Of a stretch of DNA of 64,000 bases, positions 51,206 through 63,497 are shown in pieces (positions within the stretch are counted from its first letter, which is position 1; every line of letters begins with the position of its first letter). The stretch covers positions 75,036,345 to 75,100,344 of the forward strand of contig NC_090392.1 of the NCBI RefSeq assembly GCF_036365525.1. Direction: 5' to 3'. The notes under the pieces are model-generated. The model saw nothing but the letters and a program-made list of their open reading frames with translations. It ran no database searches and was not told where the DNA came from. The stretch is from Heterodontus francisci (lineage: Eukaryota). The translations under genes were made by a program, and so were the position numbers.

Positions 51206-52152
51206 TTGAACATGAGGATGAGGATTTCCTAATGGATACAGCCACAGTCAAAGCTATAACAATAAACTAATGTCTTTCTTCTTCATTCTTTGTATTTTGC
51301 ATGATGATCCCTTAACAGCTTTCCTTGATCAAACAGAATTCTGCCACATGAGCCAATATTACAACAGGTTTTTTTTGGTAATAATCAGCTTCAATTAACT
51401 TATGTAAATGAGTCCCCAGCTGTGCATTAGGAATTAAAAGCTTAGTTTTTTCAGTGGAACCTCCTTCCCGCCACACACGTTAAGCAGCTCTCCGTTTTGC
51501 TTACAATAAGCGTTAAACAGTGAAATTAATGCAAATAAGCTGTTTATTTACAGTGGAAATTGCATTTTAATTTGGAGTTGATCAGCTGTTCTAAAATTAC
51601 AAGATAATAAAAAGCCTGGGAGCTTGATTTTTTTCTTCACCTGACATTTCTGTCTCCGAAGTTTTTTCTCTCTCCCCTTCTCTGCTCTTGGACTGAGTCA
51701 GAAGATGTGGATTCAAATTCTGTTTTGGGATTTCAGAACTGAAAGTAGATTTAAATTTCAATGAAGTGTGCAAGTGCTCCTGTTTCTGGAGATCCTTTGA
51801 ACAAGACATTAAACCTTTCTGTCATTCTCCTCGCTTTTCAAAGAGCAGGGTCCAGTGTTCTGGTCAATACATCCATCTGTCAACTAGCACCACCACAAAT
51901 AAATTGATTGTCATTCAAAAGAAAGAACTTAAATTTATACAGTGCCTTTCACAATGCTAGGATTTCCAAAGCACTTTACAGCCAAGTAAATACTTTTGAA
52001 GTGCTGTGACTGTTGGAGTGTAGGAAATCAGCAGCCAATTTGTGACAGCAAGCTCCCACAAAGCAGATAATCTGCTTTAGAGATGAGCGTGGATGAGCTT
52101 TCCGGACGTCGATGGTGGGCACTGAGGAAATGGCTTATTACCTGCACCAGCT

Positions 52153-52360
52153 TCCCCCCCCCCTCCCCCCCTTTACCCCCCTTCCACCCTCCCCCACCCC
52201 CGTCCCCTTCCCTGCTCCACCCTCTCAGCTCACCCCCTCACAACCCCGTCCCAGCCCACCCCCCCCTCGCACCATCTTCACCTCACACCCCCTTCCTCTG
52301 CACCCCCCCCCCCCACCCCCTCCCTCTACCCCTCCCCCTTGCATCCCCTCCTCCCACCGG
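52153..52360. repeat. C-rich low-complexity tract in the RTE leader (G4-forming on the minus strand)
   Basis: Many C3-C12 runs. Confidence 0.85.
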
Positions 52361-52921
52361 CACCATCCTACACCTGTGTAGGGGCCCCAACAACCCCACT
52401 GCCTTGTGGGCGTCTCGGGAGAGACCAAGGCTAAGGGAGTAAACCCTAATAGAAAATCCGGAGCGGAACCCCGTAGGCGGTCATGTGTCACCTTTGGCAT
52501 GTTTCCGGCTGTTCCTGCAGCCATACTGGTGCCAAACGTCGTGTCCTGCACTCCTTTGGACCCCACCAGAAAGGCCGAGAGGGGGGTTTTGACGACTGGG
52601 CAACTCTCAACCTCCATAAATTTGCCCAGGCATGCGCCATGGAGAGGTCACTCCATAGTTGCCTCACAGCGACTAAAACAACATGGAAGGCAGCAGTTAC
52701 GGGTTATAAGTCCAGATAAATTGGCGTAGAAACTGGGCGCCACGGGTTGCCTTTGTCGGTGGGAGAGGTCATTGCACCTCACTGGACAGCTACCGCCCGC
52801 CTCAAACCGGGCAGCCCCCGGTCAATAAGGTTCTGTCCCGCCACAGTCTGCCTGCTTCAATGGGTGCTTGGAGCTCAGGGTCATTGCCCGAAAGGTGGAC
52901 TGACACACCGCACCAAACAAC

Positions 52922-55900
52922 ATGAAAAAAGGAAAGAAGGTACCAGCCCTTCGCTTTGCAAGCTGGAACGTCAGAACTATGTGTCCTGGCCTGTCGGAAG
53001 ACCTTACACAAATCAACGATTCTCGGAAGACCGCCATCATTAACAACGAGCTCAGTAGATTCAATGTGGACATTGCAGCACTTCAGGAGACCCGCCTCCC
53101 CGCGAGTGGCTCTCCAGCAGAGCAAGACTACACCTTCTTCTGGCAGGGCAGGGATCCTGAAGAACCAAGACAGCATGGAGTGGGCTTCGCCATCAGAAAC
53201 TCCTTGCTCAGCATGATAGAGCCTCCCTCAAATGGCTCGGAACGCATACTGTCCATCCGACTGCTCACCACCTCTGGTCCAGTACACCTACTCAGCATCT
53301 ATGCTCCAACACTCTGCTCCCTACCTGAAGCTAAAGACCAGTTCTATGAACAACTCCATAACATCATTAGCAGCATCCCCAACACCGAACACCTATTCCT
53401 GCTGGGGGACTTTAATGCCAGGGTTGGGGCCGACCATGACTCATGGCCCTCCTGCCTTGGGCGCTATGGCGTTGGAAGGATGAATGAGAACGGGCAGAGA
53501 CTGCTTGAGTTGTGTACCTATCATAACCTCTGCATCACCAACTCGTTCTTTCACACTAAACCCTGTCACCAGGTTTCATGGAGGCACCCAAGATCACGTC
53601 GTTGGCACCAGCTAGACCTCATTGTCACAAGGCGAGCCGCCTTAAACAGTGTTCAAATCACACGCAGCTTCCACAGTGCGGACTGCGACACCGACCACTC
53701 CCTGGTGTGCAACAAGGTTAGACTCAGACCAAAGAAGTTGCATCATTCCAAGCAGAAGGGCCACCCGCGCATCAACACGAGCAGAATTTCTCACCCACAG
53801 CTGTTACAAAAATTTCTAAATTCACTTGTAACAGCCCTTCAAAACACTCCCACAGGGGATGCTGAGACCAAGTGGGCCCACATCAGAGACGCCATCTATG
53901 AGTCAGCTTTGACCACCTACGGCAAAAGTGCGAAGAGAAATGCAGACTGGTTTCAATCTCATAATGAAGAGCTGGAACCTGTCATAGCCGCTAAGCGCAT
54001 TGCACTGTTGAACTACAAGAAAGCCCCCAGCGATTTAACATCCGCAGCACTTAAAGCAGCCAGAAGTACTGCACAAAGAACAGCCAGGCGCTGCGCAAAC
54101 GACTACTGGCAACACCTATGCAGTCATATTCAGCTGGCCTCAGACACCGGAAACATCAGAGGAATGTATGATGGCATGAAGAGAGCTCTTGGGCCAACCA
54201 TCAAGAAGATCGCCCCCCTCAAATCTAAATCGGGGGACATAATCACTGACCAACGCAAACAGATGGACCGCTGGGTTGAGCACTACCAAGAACTGTACTC
54301 CAGGGAGAATGCTGTCACTGAGACTGCCCTCAATGCAGCCCAGTCATGGATGAGCTGGACATACAGCCAACCAAATCGGAACTCAGTGATGCCATTGATT
54401 CCCTAGCCAGCGGAAAAGCCCCTGGGAAGGACAGCATTACCCCTGAAATAATCAAGAGTGCCAAGCCTGCTATACTCTCAGCACTACATGAACTGCTATG
54501 CCTGTGCTGGGACGAGGGAGCAGTACCCCAGGACATGCGCAATGCCAACATCATCACCCTCTATAAAAACAAAGGTGACCGCGGTGACTGCAACAACTAC
54601 CGTGGAATCTCCCTGCTCAGCATAGTGAGGAAAGTCTTTGCTCGAGTCGCTCTGAACAGGCTCCAGAAGCTGGCCGAGCGCGTCTACCCTGAGGCACAGT
54701 GTGGCTTTCGTGCAGAGAGATCGACCATTGACATGCTGTTCTCCCTTCGTCAGATACAGGAGAAATGCCGTGAACAACAGATGCCCCTCTGCATTGCTTT
54801 CATTGATCTCACCAAAGCCTTTGACCTCGTCAGCAGACGTGGTCTCTTCAGACTACTAGAAAAGATCGGATGTCCACCAAAGCTACTAAGTATCATCACC
54901 TCATTCCATGACAATATGAAAGGCACAATTCAACATGGTGGCTCCTCATCAGAGCCCTTTCCTATCCTGAGTAGTGTGAAACAGGGCTGTGTTCTCGCAC
55001 CCACACTTTTTGGGATTTTCTTCTCCCTGCTGCTTTCACATGCGTTCAAATCCTCTGAAGATGGAATTTTCCTCCACACAAGATCAGGGGGCAGGTTGTT
55101 CAACCTTGCCCGTCTAAGAGCGAAGTCCAAAGTATGGAAAGTCCTCATCAGAGAACTCCTCTTTGCTGACGATGCTGCTTTAACATCTCACACTGAAGAG
55201 TGCCTGCAGAGTCTCATCGACAGGTTTGCGTCTGCCTGCAATGAATTTGGCCTAACCATCAGCCTCAAGAAAACGAACATCATGGGGCAGGACGTCAGAA
55301 ATGCTCCATCCATCAATATTGGCGACCACGCTCTGGAAGTGGTTCAAGAGTTCACCTACCTAGGCTCAACTATCACCAGTAACCTGTCTCCAGATGCAGA
55401 AATCAACAAGCGCATGGGTAAGGCTTCCACTGCTATGTCCAGACTGGCCAAGAGAGTGTGGGAAAATGGCACACTGACACGGAACACAAAAGTCCGAGTG
55501 TATCAGGCCTGTGTCCTCAGTACCTTGCTCTACGGCAGCGAGGCCTGGACAACGTATGCCAACCAAGAGCGACGTCTCAATTCATTCCATCTTCGCTGCC
55601 TTCGGAGAATACTTGGCATCAGGTGGCAGGACTATATCTCCAACACAGAAGTCCTTGAAGTGGCCAACACCCCCAGCTTATACACACTACTGAGTCAGCG
55701 GCGCTTGAGATGGCTTGGCCATGTGAGCCGCATGGAAGATGGCAGGATCCCCAAAGACACATTGTCCAGCGAGCTCGCCACTGGTATCAGACCCACCGGC
55801 CGTCCATGTCTCCACTATAAAGACGTCTGCAAACGCGACATGAAATCGTGTGACATTGATCACAAGTCGTGGGAGTCAGTTGCCAGCATTCGCCAGAGTT

Positions 55901-56103
55901 GGCGGGCAGCCATAAAGACAGGGCTAAATTGTGGCGAGTCGAAGAGACTTAGTAGTTGGCAGGAAAAAAGACAGAGGCGCAAGGGGAGAGCCAACTGTGC
56001 AACAGCCCCGACAAACAAATTTCTCTGCAGCACCTGTGGAAGAGCCTGTCACTCCAGAATTGGCCTTTATAGCCACTCCAGGCGCTGCTTCACAAACCAC
56101 TGA
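52922..56103 (+). pseudogene. RTE ORF (AP endonuclease + RT + C-terminal zinc finger), one frameshift
   Basis: ASWNVRT, AALQETR, LGDFNA, TDH (52922-54406 frame); RT and Cys/His finger in the 54346-56103 frame. Confidence 0.95.
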
Positions 56104-57419
56104 CCACCTCCAGGCGCGTATCCATTGTCTCTCGAGATAAGGAGGCCCAAAGAAAAAAAAAGAATGAGGGATAAATATTGGGCAGGACATCAGGGATAAC
56201 TCCCCTGTTCCTTCAAAATATTGCCATCCACCTGAGAGAGCAGACAGGGCCTTGGTTTAACATTCATCTGAAAAATGGCACCTCTGATTGTGCAGCACTT
56301 CCTCAGTACTGTGCTGGACTGTCAGCCTGCCTTATATCTCTGGACTTGGGATTGAACCCACAACCTTCTCACCTCAGAAGCAAGATTGCTGCTCATTGAG
56401 CCAAGGCCGACACCTAATTTATCTTATTGCAATTTGTGGGATCTTGCTATGTGCAAAATAGCACTTGGGTTTTCCCACATAACAAATGTCACTGCACTAA
56501 GAAGTTACTCATTGTGTGCAAAGTACCTTGAAATTGGGGAGATCAAAGTCTTTCATTGACCTGCTGGCCCCTGAAAGTCCAGGTCTCATGCCCCCCCCGA
56601 AGCTACCCCGACACAATATGCACCACATGTTGGGTGTGGCAGGGAAACGTTGAAATTACGTGACCGTCCATTGTTGTGCCAGGCCATCAGAGGTGCACAG
56701 AGTGTTGTTGATGCAACCATCTTAGCACTAGGCAGCGCCTTCACCATTTTATCAGCCCTGCATTCTTGCGTTGCGCTTTGCCTCCTGGGAGCACGTATGG
56801 GGGAGTGTGGGCACACGTTGCCTTTACTAAATGGAGTGCACACAAATTCCTGATATTTACTCCTGGTTGGGCAGGAGCCAAACCAGCAGTGTGAGTGCAA
56901 CATTACACAGAAAAGATATTTCTCTGTTGACTTGGTGCTGTTGAGCTGTGTCTCTGTCTGCTGTTTTCACCCAGTTTGGTGTTGTGTGTGCCACAGATCT
57001 CAAGTTGCCATGACATTTTTTTCCATCTTTTTTTGGGTGAAATTATGTAAATTCCAAAGATAATGAGAAGATAAGATTGGTTTATCCATAAACCACAGGA
57101 GGAATATTGATTAAATGGTATCAGATAAATCTTTAACCCCTCATTTTACCCCAAGTCCTGTTAAGGAAACTTTGCTTAATATTCACCACATCATCCAAGA
57201 GTTATTAGTTATCTAAATTTGTCACCCATTTCCAATCTATATAACAGCAACCAGATCAGATTGTAATAGGTTAGTCAAATTAAACTTACTACTTATTAAA
57301 CGTAGTACAGTATTAATTGATTGGGGTTACAATTGGACATGGGCAGAGATACAAAACAGAAGGATTTGCATCAGTCACCCATTCGGACCACACACCCAAT
57401 ATTCAGTAAATGGAACTAA

Positions 57420-57600
57420 ATACGAAACTGAACTAATTTGAAGAAAAGCTGTGGAGCTCTCTCCAGTGTCCTGGCCTACAATATCCCTCAACCAACCAAC
57501 ACGTAAAGAACAGTTTATCTGCTCATCGTCACCTGGCTGCTTATAGGATCTTGCTGTGCACAAATTGGTTTTCTATGTTACAACAATGACTACACTTCAA
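57420..57600 (+). mobile_element. Deu-SINE fragment
   Basis: gtgtcctggcc..aatatccctcaacc..ggatcttgctgtgcacaaattgg..tgactacacttcaa. Confidence 0.65.
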
Positions 57601-58880
57601 ACAGATACTGTAATGCCCTAAACTCTAGGTTCTATTACTTTTTTTTGCCAATATTCTCCCCTTGCCTCTTCTCATGATGGACTGAAGCCCTTAGGGGCAC
57701 CAGAGTATTTGCAAAAACTAGTCATTGCACTTTTGAGACATGGGTAAGGCACTGTAGAAATGCAAGGCTGTCTTTCAGTCATTGCTGGTTACTATTCATG
57801 TGCTCTCCTTGAAGGTGAATGTTTGTGAGATGTTAGAATATGACAAGCATCACAATAGTCCTCCTCTCCCTTGGGAGAGGACGATCAGTCAGTGGTCCTG
57901 ATCACTGCTGCTGTGTCCACGGATGACTATAAATAAGAGATTTTAGAAGGAGTCATTTCAAAAGTGCTCAGGCCTCTCCCTAGGGCACTGTGGCTAACAG
58001 TAACATCCCGAACAGTGCAGTTACATTTTGCATTTTGCCTGCCATTCTGCAGGTTTGGTTTAAGTTCTGAAAAGCACATTAAATGCACAGCATTATCTGC
58101 AGTGTCAGGGGACCTTGGGGGATAATTTCTTCCATCAACAGTTTCATTCCTTGTTACTGATTTATTGTCTTTAAGGCAAAGAGCTGCTCCAATGAACATC
58201 TCAATTTTTGTATGTTTGCACTTCCTCTCTGTGTAATAAGATACTCTCCTGACTCGTTTCACTGAACTTCGAGAGCTGTGAATCTACCAAAAGGCCAAAT
58301 TCATTAAAATATCTTGCTTTTGACTTTGTGCTGGATGATAGAATATTGTGCCCGCTCTTTAAACAGCAAGTAACGATGTCTTATTTTCAGTGAAGGCTTT
58401 CTGTTTACTGGCTAAATTAGATCTCCCCAATGGATCAGTAAGTGAATGCACTGCCAGGGTCCAAACAAACCAGCATGATTCACTGATCTTTGCCGAGTTG
58501 GCTGAACTCAGCAAGGGTGGTATTTTGCTGCAATTGACCTTAGCGTTTCCTAGGCTAAAGGAGGATTAACAAGGGTTCTGCTTCTGGTTATTAATCGGTG
58601 ATCCCTGTTGGAGATGTTTGCTTTGAGGACAGAGTCAGGTTCAGCTCTGGTGCCTCTCTCATGGTCAAACAACCTTGCTGGCATTTACTGTCCAGGTTCA
58701 CCAATGAAATTTGGCTACTTGAGTGAACTTTTTTACTGGTTAGCCCGGCATCTGTCATGTTGAAACCTGTCACCATATTTAAGAGAGTGATTGGAAATAT
58801 AGAGTTTCTGTTTTTGTCTGCTAAATGTAAGCCCAAGGAGTTTAGGTTGACATCCAAGGCTTAGGGAACCCCCAGGTGCA

Positions 58881-58904
58881 TGGCAGGGGAAGAAACCATG
58901 ATTA
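58881..58904 (+). pseudogene. U1 snRNA 5' fragment (nt ~10-32) at the Tx1 5' junction
   Basis: TGGCAGGGGAaGAaACCATGATtA vs U1 UGGCAGGGGAGAUACCAUGAUCA: 21 of 23 identical plus a 1-nt insertion. Confidence 0.72.
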
Positions 58905-58942
58905 GTGGCCTTTGATCCTGTTACAGGTATGTTTAGAGTAAA

Positions 58943-60484
58943 ATGGCTCTTACCAATTCTAGAGCTTCAGACCAGGGAATGCATAACACCCTTTGGGTGG
59001 TGGTGAAGGATAAGGAAGGAGGTGCACTGGTTGACCGTACCTTCTTCATCAAGAAAACCCATATTGATTGCTGTTGATTCCAAGCTGCGGACATCTTCTG
59101 CCTGCAGGACTTCTCCAGCAGTGGATATTTCATCGTGACGTTCAAGAACGTGGCGGGATGCATCAAGTTCCTGAAGGTGTTCAAGGAGAAGAGAAACCAG
59201 GCACCGCTGTCGATGCTCACAGTGGAGCCACTCTTCACGCTGCCGTCGCAATGTGATCGGGTGGTGACAATTCACTTCTATAACCCGCATGTTCCTGTCG
59301 TGGATGTACTCACCTTCCTTGCTAGGTACATCAAGGTGGCCAGCAGCAGCACTGATGTCAAGGACATATTTGGGATTTGGACCAGCAAGCGGCATGTCAA
59401 GGTGACCTTGAAGGTCAATGCCAACGGAGCCATCATCCATCCTCCTTCCAGCTTTGGGGGAAGTCGAGGCTTCTTGGTCTATGCGGGGCAGCCCAGAGTT
59501 TGTTGCACCTGTGGCAAATCTGGTCACGTGGCAGCTAACTGCAGCACAGTCATCTGCAAGAACTGCAAGAAGCAAGGCCATCAGACCAAGGACTGTAAGC
59601 AGAGTAAGTGCTGCAACCTGTGCGGTGCGGCAGGCCACCTCTACAAAACCTGCGCCAAACGCTGCCTCAGTTCTGCAGAGGCGGCAAGGTCCAAGGAAAG
59701 GCCGGGAGAAGGAACAGTGAATGCATCTGGTGCTGGGAAGGAGACAAGCAACCTTCTCCGCAGCGAGGAAAGTCTACCTGAGAAGGAGAAGAAAGGTGAG
59801 GCAGCTGCAACCAATGACCCAACACCTACCCCATGCCTGGAAATCCCTCCTCTGCAGACAGAATCGATGGAGGAGGAGGCAGCAGATGGACAAACTGGTC
59901 AGTGGCAAGTGGTATAAAGGAAAACCACAAAGAGAAAACCTCCAAAAAAGGAACATGCCACCACCCAAACCAGTGGCAAGAGGAGGCTACCGTCTGAGAC
60001 AGACTACAGCAGCTCCTCTTCATTGGACGAGGAAGGGCCGGAACGACAGCACCTGCAAAAAAAGCGACAGAACTCAAAGGAGCTGGACGATAAAGCCCCC
60101 CAGCTCCAGGGCACTGGAAGCTGTGATGGTCCCAGCACACCCCAAAACCAAAGCGCCGAACCTAGCAACATGCCCAGCGCATCCCAGCTCCGGGACACCG
60201 AGAACAAAGAAACGTCTGGCGCACTCCAGCTCCAGAAAGCCGGGAGCAGTGATGTCTTCGAGGAGGAACAGAGGGGAAAGACACCATCAGCAAAGGACAG
60301 CCCAAGCTTTGCTGCCTACAAGACCCCCCCCAATGTCATCCCAGCAGAACAAGCCCCCCATGAAAAACCAGAAGGGGTTTCTGAGCCCACAAATGTAAAA
60401 CAGCTTGTGCACACCATGGGTATGCAGGAACATAACCAGGGACTGGGGCTAGCAAGGACATCTGGTGTGGGAAGCAACAACTAA
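58943..60484 (+). pseudogene. Tx1 ORF1 (gag-like, ZCCHC3-related, three zinc knuckles), frameshifted
   Basis: CTCGKSGHVAANC, CKNCKKQGHQTKDC, CNLCGAAGHLYKTC; pieces 59135-59917 and 60023-60484. Confidence 0.9.
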
Positions 60485-60491
60485 CTTAAAA

Positions 60492-63400
60492 ATGGATAGA
60501 AAGATTGCTTCAATTAACGTGTGTAGCATTAAATCCACTACGCGATGTGTTTCAACCTTGGATTACCTCGCCAAGGTCAAAGCCGACCTGATGACAGCAA
60601 ACTGGACGCTACGTCCAGATTCCTAATAGAAACAGTAAAAGATGCCAAGCTGCACAATGTCTTCAGCAAACCTGCAGACGGAGCGCAGCGTAGATACAAC
60701 TGGTCAAGATCGGACGGGTCTACCCATTCCAGGATTGACTTCCTGTTTGTGTCCCGTGCTGTCACGGTCAGATCCACTGACGCCAAGCCGGTGTTCTTCT
60801 CTGACCATTGCCTCTTACTGGCCGACTGTCACTTACAGGATGACCAGTGGGTTGGCAGGGGGACATGGAAGCTCAGTGCTACACTGAGAACGTTGAGGAA
60901 CTCAAAAGTGATTACAAAGGTTGGTGAACTGTGAAGCCCCTCTTTTTGTCTCCAGTTCACTGGTGGGAGGTGATCAAGGAGAACATCAAGAGGTTCTTTA
61001 TCTTCAAAGGTGTTCAGAGGGAGAGAGAGAGACAGAGGGAAATGTCCCAACTCCAGAAAAGAATGCAAAATCTGCTCCGGCTGCGGTCGATGGGGGTCGA
61101 GGTCAAGGAGGATCTCCAAAATGTGAAGGGCCAGCAGGCCTCACTCTTTGCCATGGGGCCTCCAAGATCATCTTCCAGTTCAGTGCCGCTCCGTTGAGCA
61201 GGATGAGACGTGCTCGAATTACTTCTTCCAAAAGGTACACAGAGAGCTCTGTGATCAGCAGCCTGAAGGAAGAAGATGGCTCGGTAACATCTTCGCAGTC
61301 TGACATACTAAGGATCAGCAAATCCTTTTATGCTGGGCTGTACGACGTGAAGCCCAAGGACAGCATGACTTCCCAGTCCTTCCTGTCACTATCACGGAGG
61401 TCTTATATGACAGCATGAGGGAGAGATTGGACAAACCGCTAACTCTGGACGAGCTGACAAACGCCGTCAGGTCCTTCGAGACGAGTAAAACTCCTGGAAG
61501 CAACAGCTTACCGGTGGAGTTGTATTCGGCTCTGTGGGACTGGGTCGTCCCAGACCTACTGGAAGTATACGAGAGTATGCTTCTGGCCGGCAGCATGTCA
61601 GAATCCATGAGGAAAGGCATCATCACCCTCATCTACAAGCGGAAGGGGGAGAGGGCGGAAATCAGAAATTGGCGGCCAATCTCACTGCTTAATGTTGACT
61701 ACAAGATTCTGTCCAAAGTCATCGCCAGTCGGGTCAAGTCTGCTCTGGAGATGGTGATTCACCCTGACCAGACCTGCACTGTACCCGGCAGGAAGATCGC
61801 TGATAGTCTTGTGCTACTCAGGGATACGATTGTCTATGTACGGGACAGGAGGGTGGACACCTGCCTCATCAGCTTGGACCAGGAGAAGGCTTTTGACGGG
61901 ATATCGCACACCTACATGATGGACCTGCTTTCCAAAATGGGTTTTGGGGAGGGAATCTGCAATTGGATCAAACTGCTCTACGCAAACATCAGTAGTACAG
62001 TCTCAGTCAATGGGTGGGAATCAGAAGGTTTCCTGATCCAATCTGGAGTCAGACAGGGCTGTCCTCTCTCCCCTGTCTTGTTTGTTTGCTGTATTGAACC
62101 CTTTGCTGAGTCTATTAGGAAGGATGCGGGCATAAGAGGGGTGACAATCCCAGGCAGTGGAGGCACTTAGGTAAAAACCTCCCTGTACATGGGCGATGTC
62201 GCCGTCTTCTGCTCGGATCTGCTGTCCATGCGCAGACTGATGAGCATCTGCAACCAGTTCAAACTGGCCTCGGGAGCCAAAGTCAACCACGGCAAGAGTG
62301 AGGCCATGTTCTTTGGGAACTGGGCTGACCGATCCTTTGTCCCCTTCACCGTCAGGTCAGATTACCTGGGGAAGGGCTGGGACATGTGCCAAAACCTGGA
62401 AGAAACGAGTAGCCAGGGTACACCATAAACTGAGCATGTGGGAGCAACGATCTCTCTCTATTGTGGGTAAGAACCCGGTCATCAGGCGCGAGGCACTTAC
62501 GTTGTTGCTGTACGTGGCGCAGGTCTGGCCCATACCCCACTCCTGCGCCCTGACGGTCACCCAAGCCATTTTCCACTTTATCTGGAGATCCAAAATGGAC
62601 CGGGTCCGGAAGAACACGATGTTCAAACCTCTGGATAAGGGCGGGAAAAATGTACTCAACGTCGCCCTTATCCTGATGACTACCTTTGTGTGCGGCTGCA
62701 TCAAGCTGTGTGTAGAGCCCCGGTACGCAAACACCAGGTGTCACTACCTGCTGTGGTTCTATCTATCCCCGGTGTTGTGAAGGATGAGTCTGGTCACATT
62801 GCCGCGGAATGCTCCATCCAGTTGGGCCGTGCCGTACCACCTATCCTTCATGGGAAAGTTTATGCGGGAAAACACCTTTGACCACCAATCCGTCAGGCAG
62901 TGGTCTGCATGGAATCGCCTCAAGGCCCTACGGGAAATGAAGATGGTGGATCCTGTTGGATGGTTCCCCGAGCAGACTGCCAAAGTCATTTGGCAGAATG
63001 CCTCATCACCAGAACGTTCAAACAAGCACCAAGACTTAGCTTGGCTGGTGGTGAGAAGGGCCCTCCCCATCAGATCCTTCCTGCACACCTGGAATCTCGC
63101 CACCTCCACACACTGCCCTTGAGGTGGCTGCGGTGGGGAAGAGACAGTTGCCCATCTCCTTCTGGAACATGTCTTTGCAAAGCAGGTGTGGAAAGAGATG
63201 CAGTGGTTTTTGTCGAGGTTCATCCCAAGCAGCTCTGTAACACAGGAGTCTGTGATCTACGGGCTGTTACCAGGGACGCACACCGAGATAAACATAAGCT
63301 GCTGCTGGTGGACCATAAATTCAGCGAAAGATGCTCTTTGGTCTGCCCGAAACTTGCTGGTCTTTCAGCGCAAAGAGCTGTCCACGACCGAGTGTTGCAG

Positions 63401-63497
63401 GCTGGCACATTCCAAAGTCCAGGACTACATGCTGAGTGACGCATTAAAGCTTGGGGCAGCAGCTGCGAAGGCTCAATGGGGAAAGACCACTGTTTAA
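60492..63497 (+). pseudogene. Tx1 ORF2 (APE-RT), multiple frameshifts/stops and an internal deletion in the endonuclease
   Basis: KIASINV, SRIDF, FSDH, NWRPISLLNVDYKILSK, LDQEKAFD, GVRQGCPLSP, YMGD. Confidence 0.92.

Larger units (their letters stand above)
52098..56163 (+). mobile_element. Full-length young RTE-clade LINE
   Basis: ~820-bp leader, single APE-RT ORF broken by one frameshift near 54343, short A-rich tail; possible 5-bp TSD ATGAG (52093-52097, 56164-56168). Confidence 0.93.
51925..56415 (-). mobile_element. Deu-domain SINE split by the RTE insertion (51925-52097 and 56164-56415)
   Basis: gcactttacagcc..cagccaatttg..cagataatctg | tgagggataaatattgg..ggtttaac..cacctctga. Confidence 0.75.

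Noticed and set aside
59135-59917. Host ZCCHC3-like gene
   Set aside because: Frameshifted and embedded in a TSD-flanked Tx1 element, so it is retrotransposon ORF1
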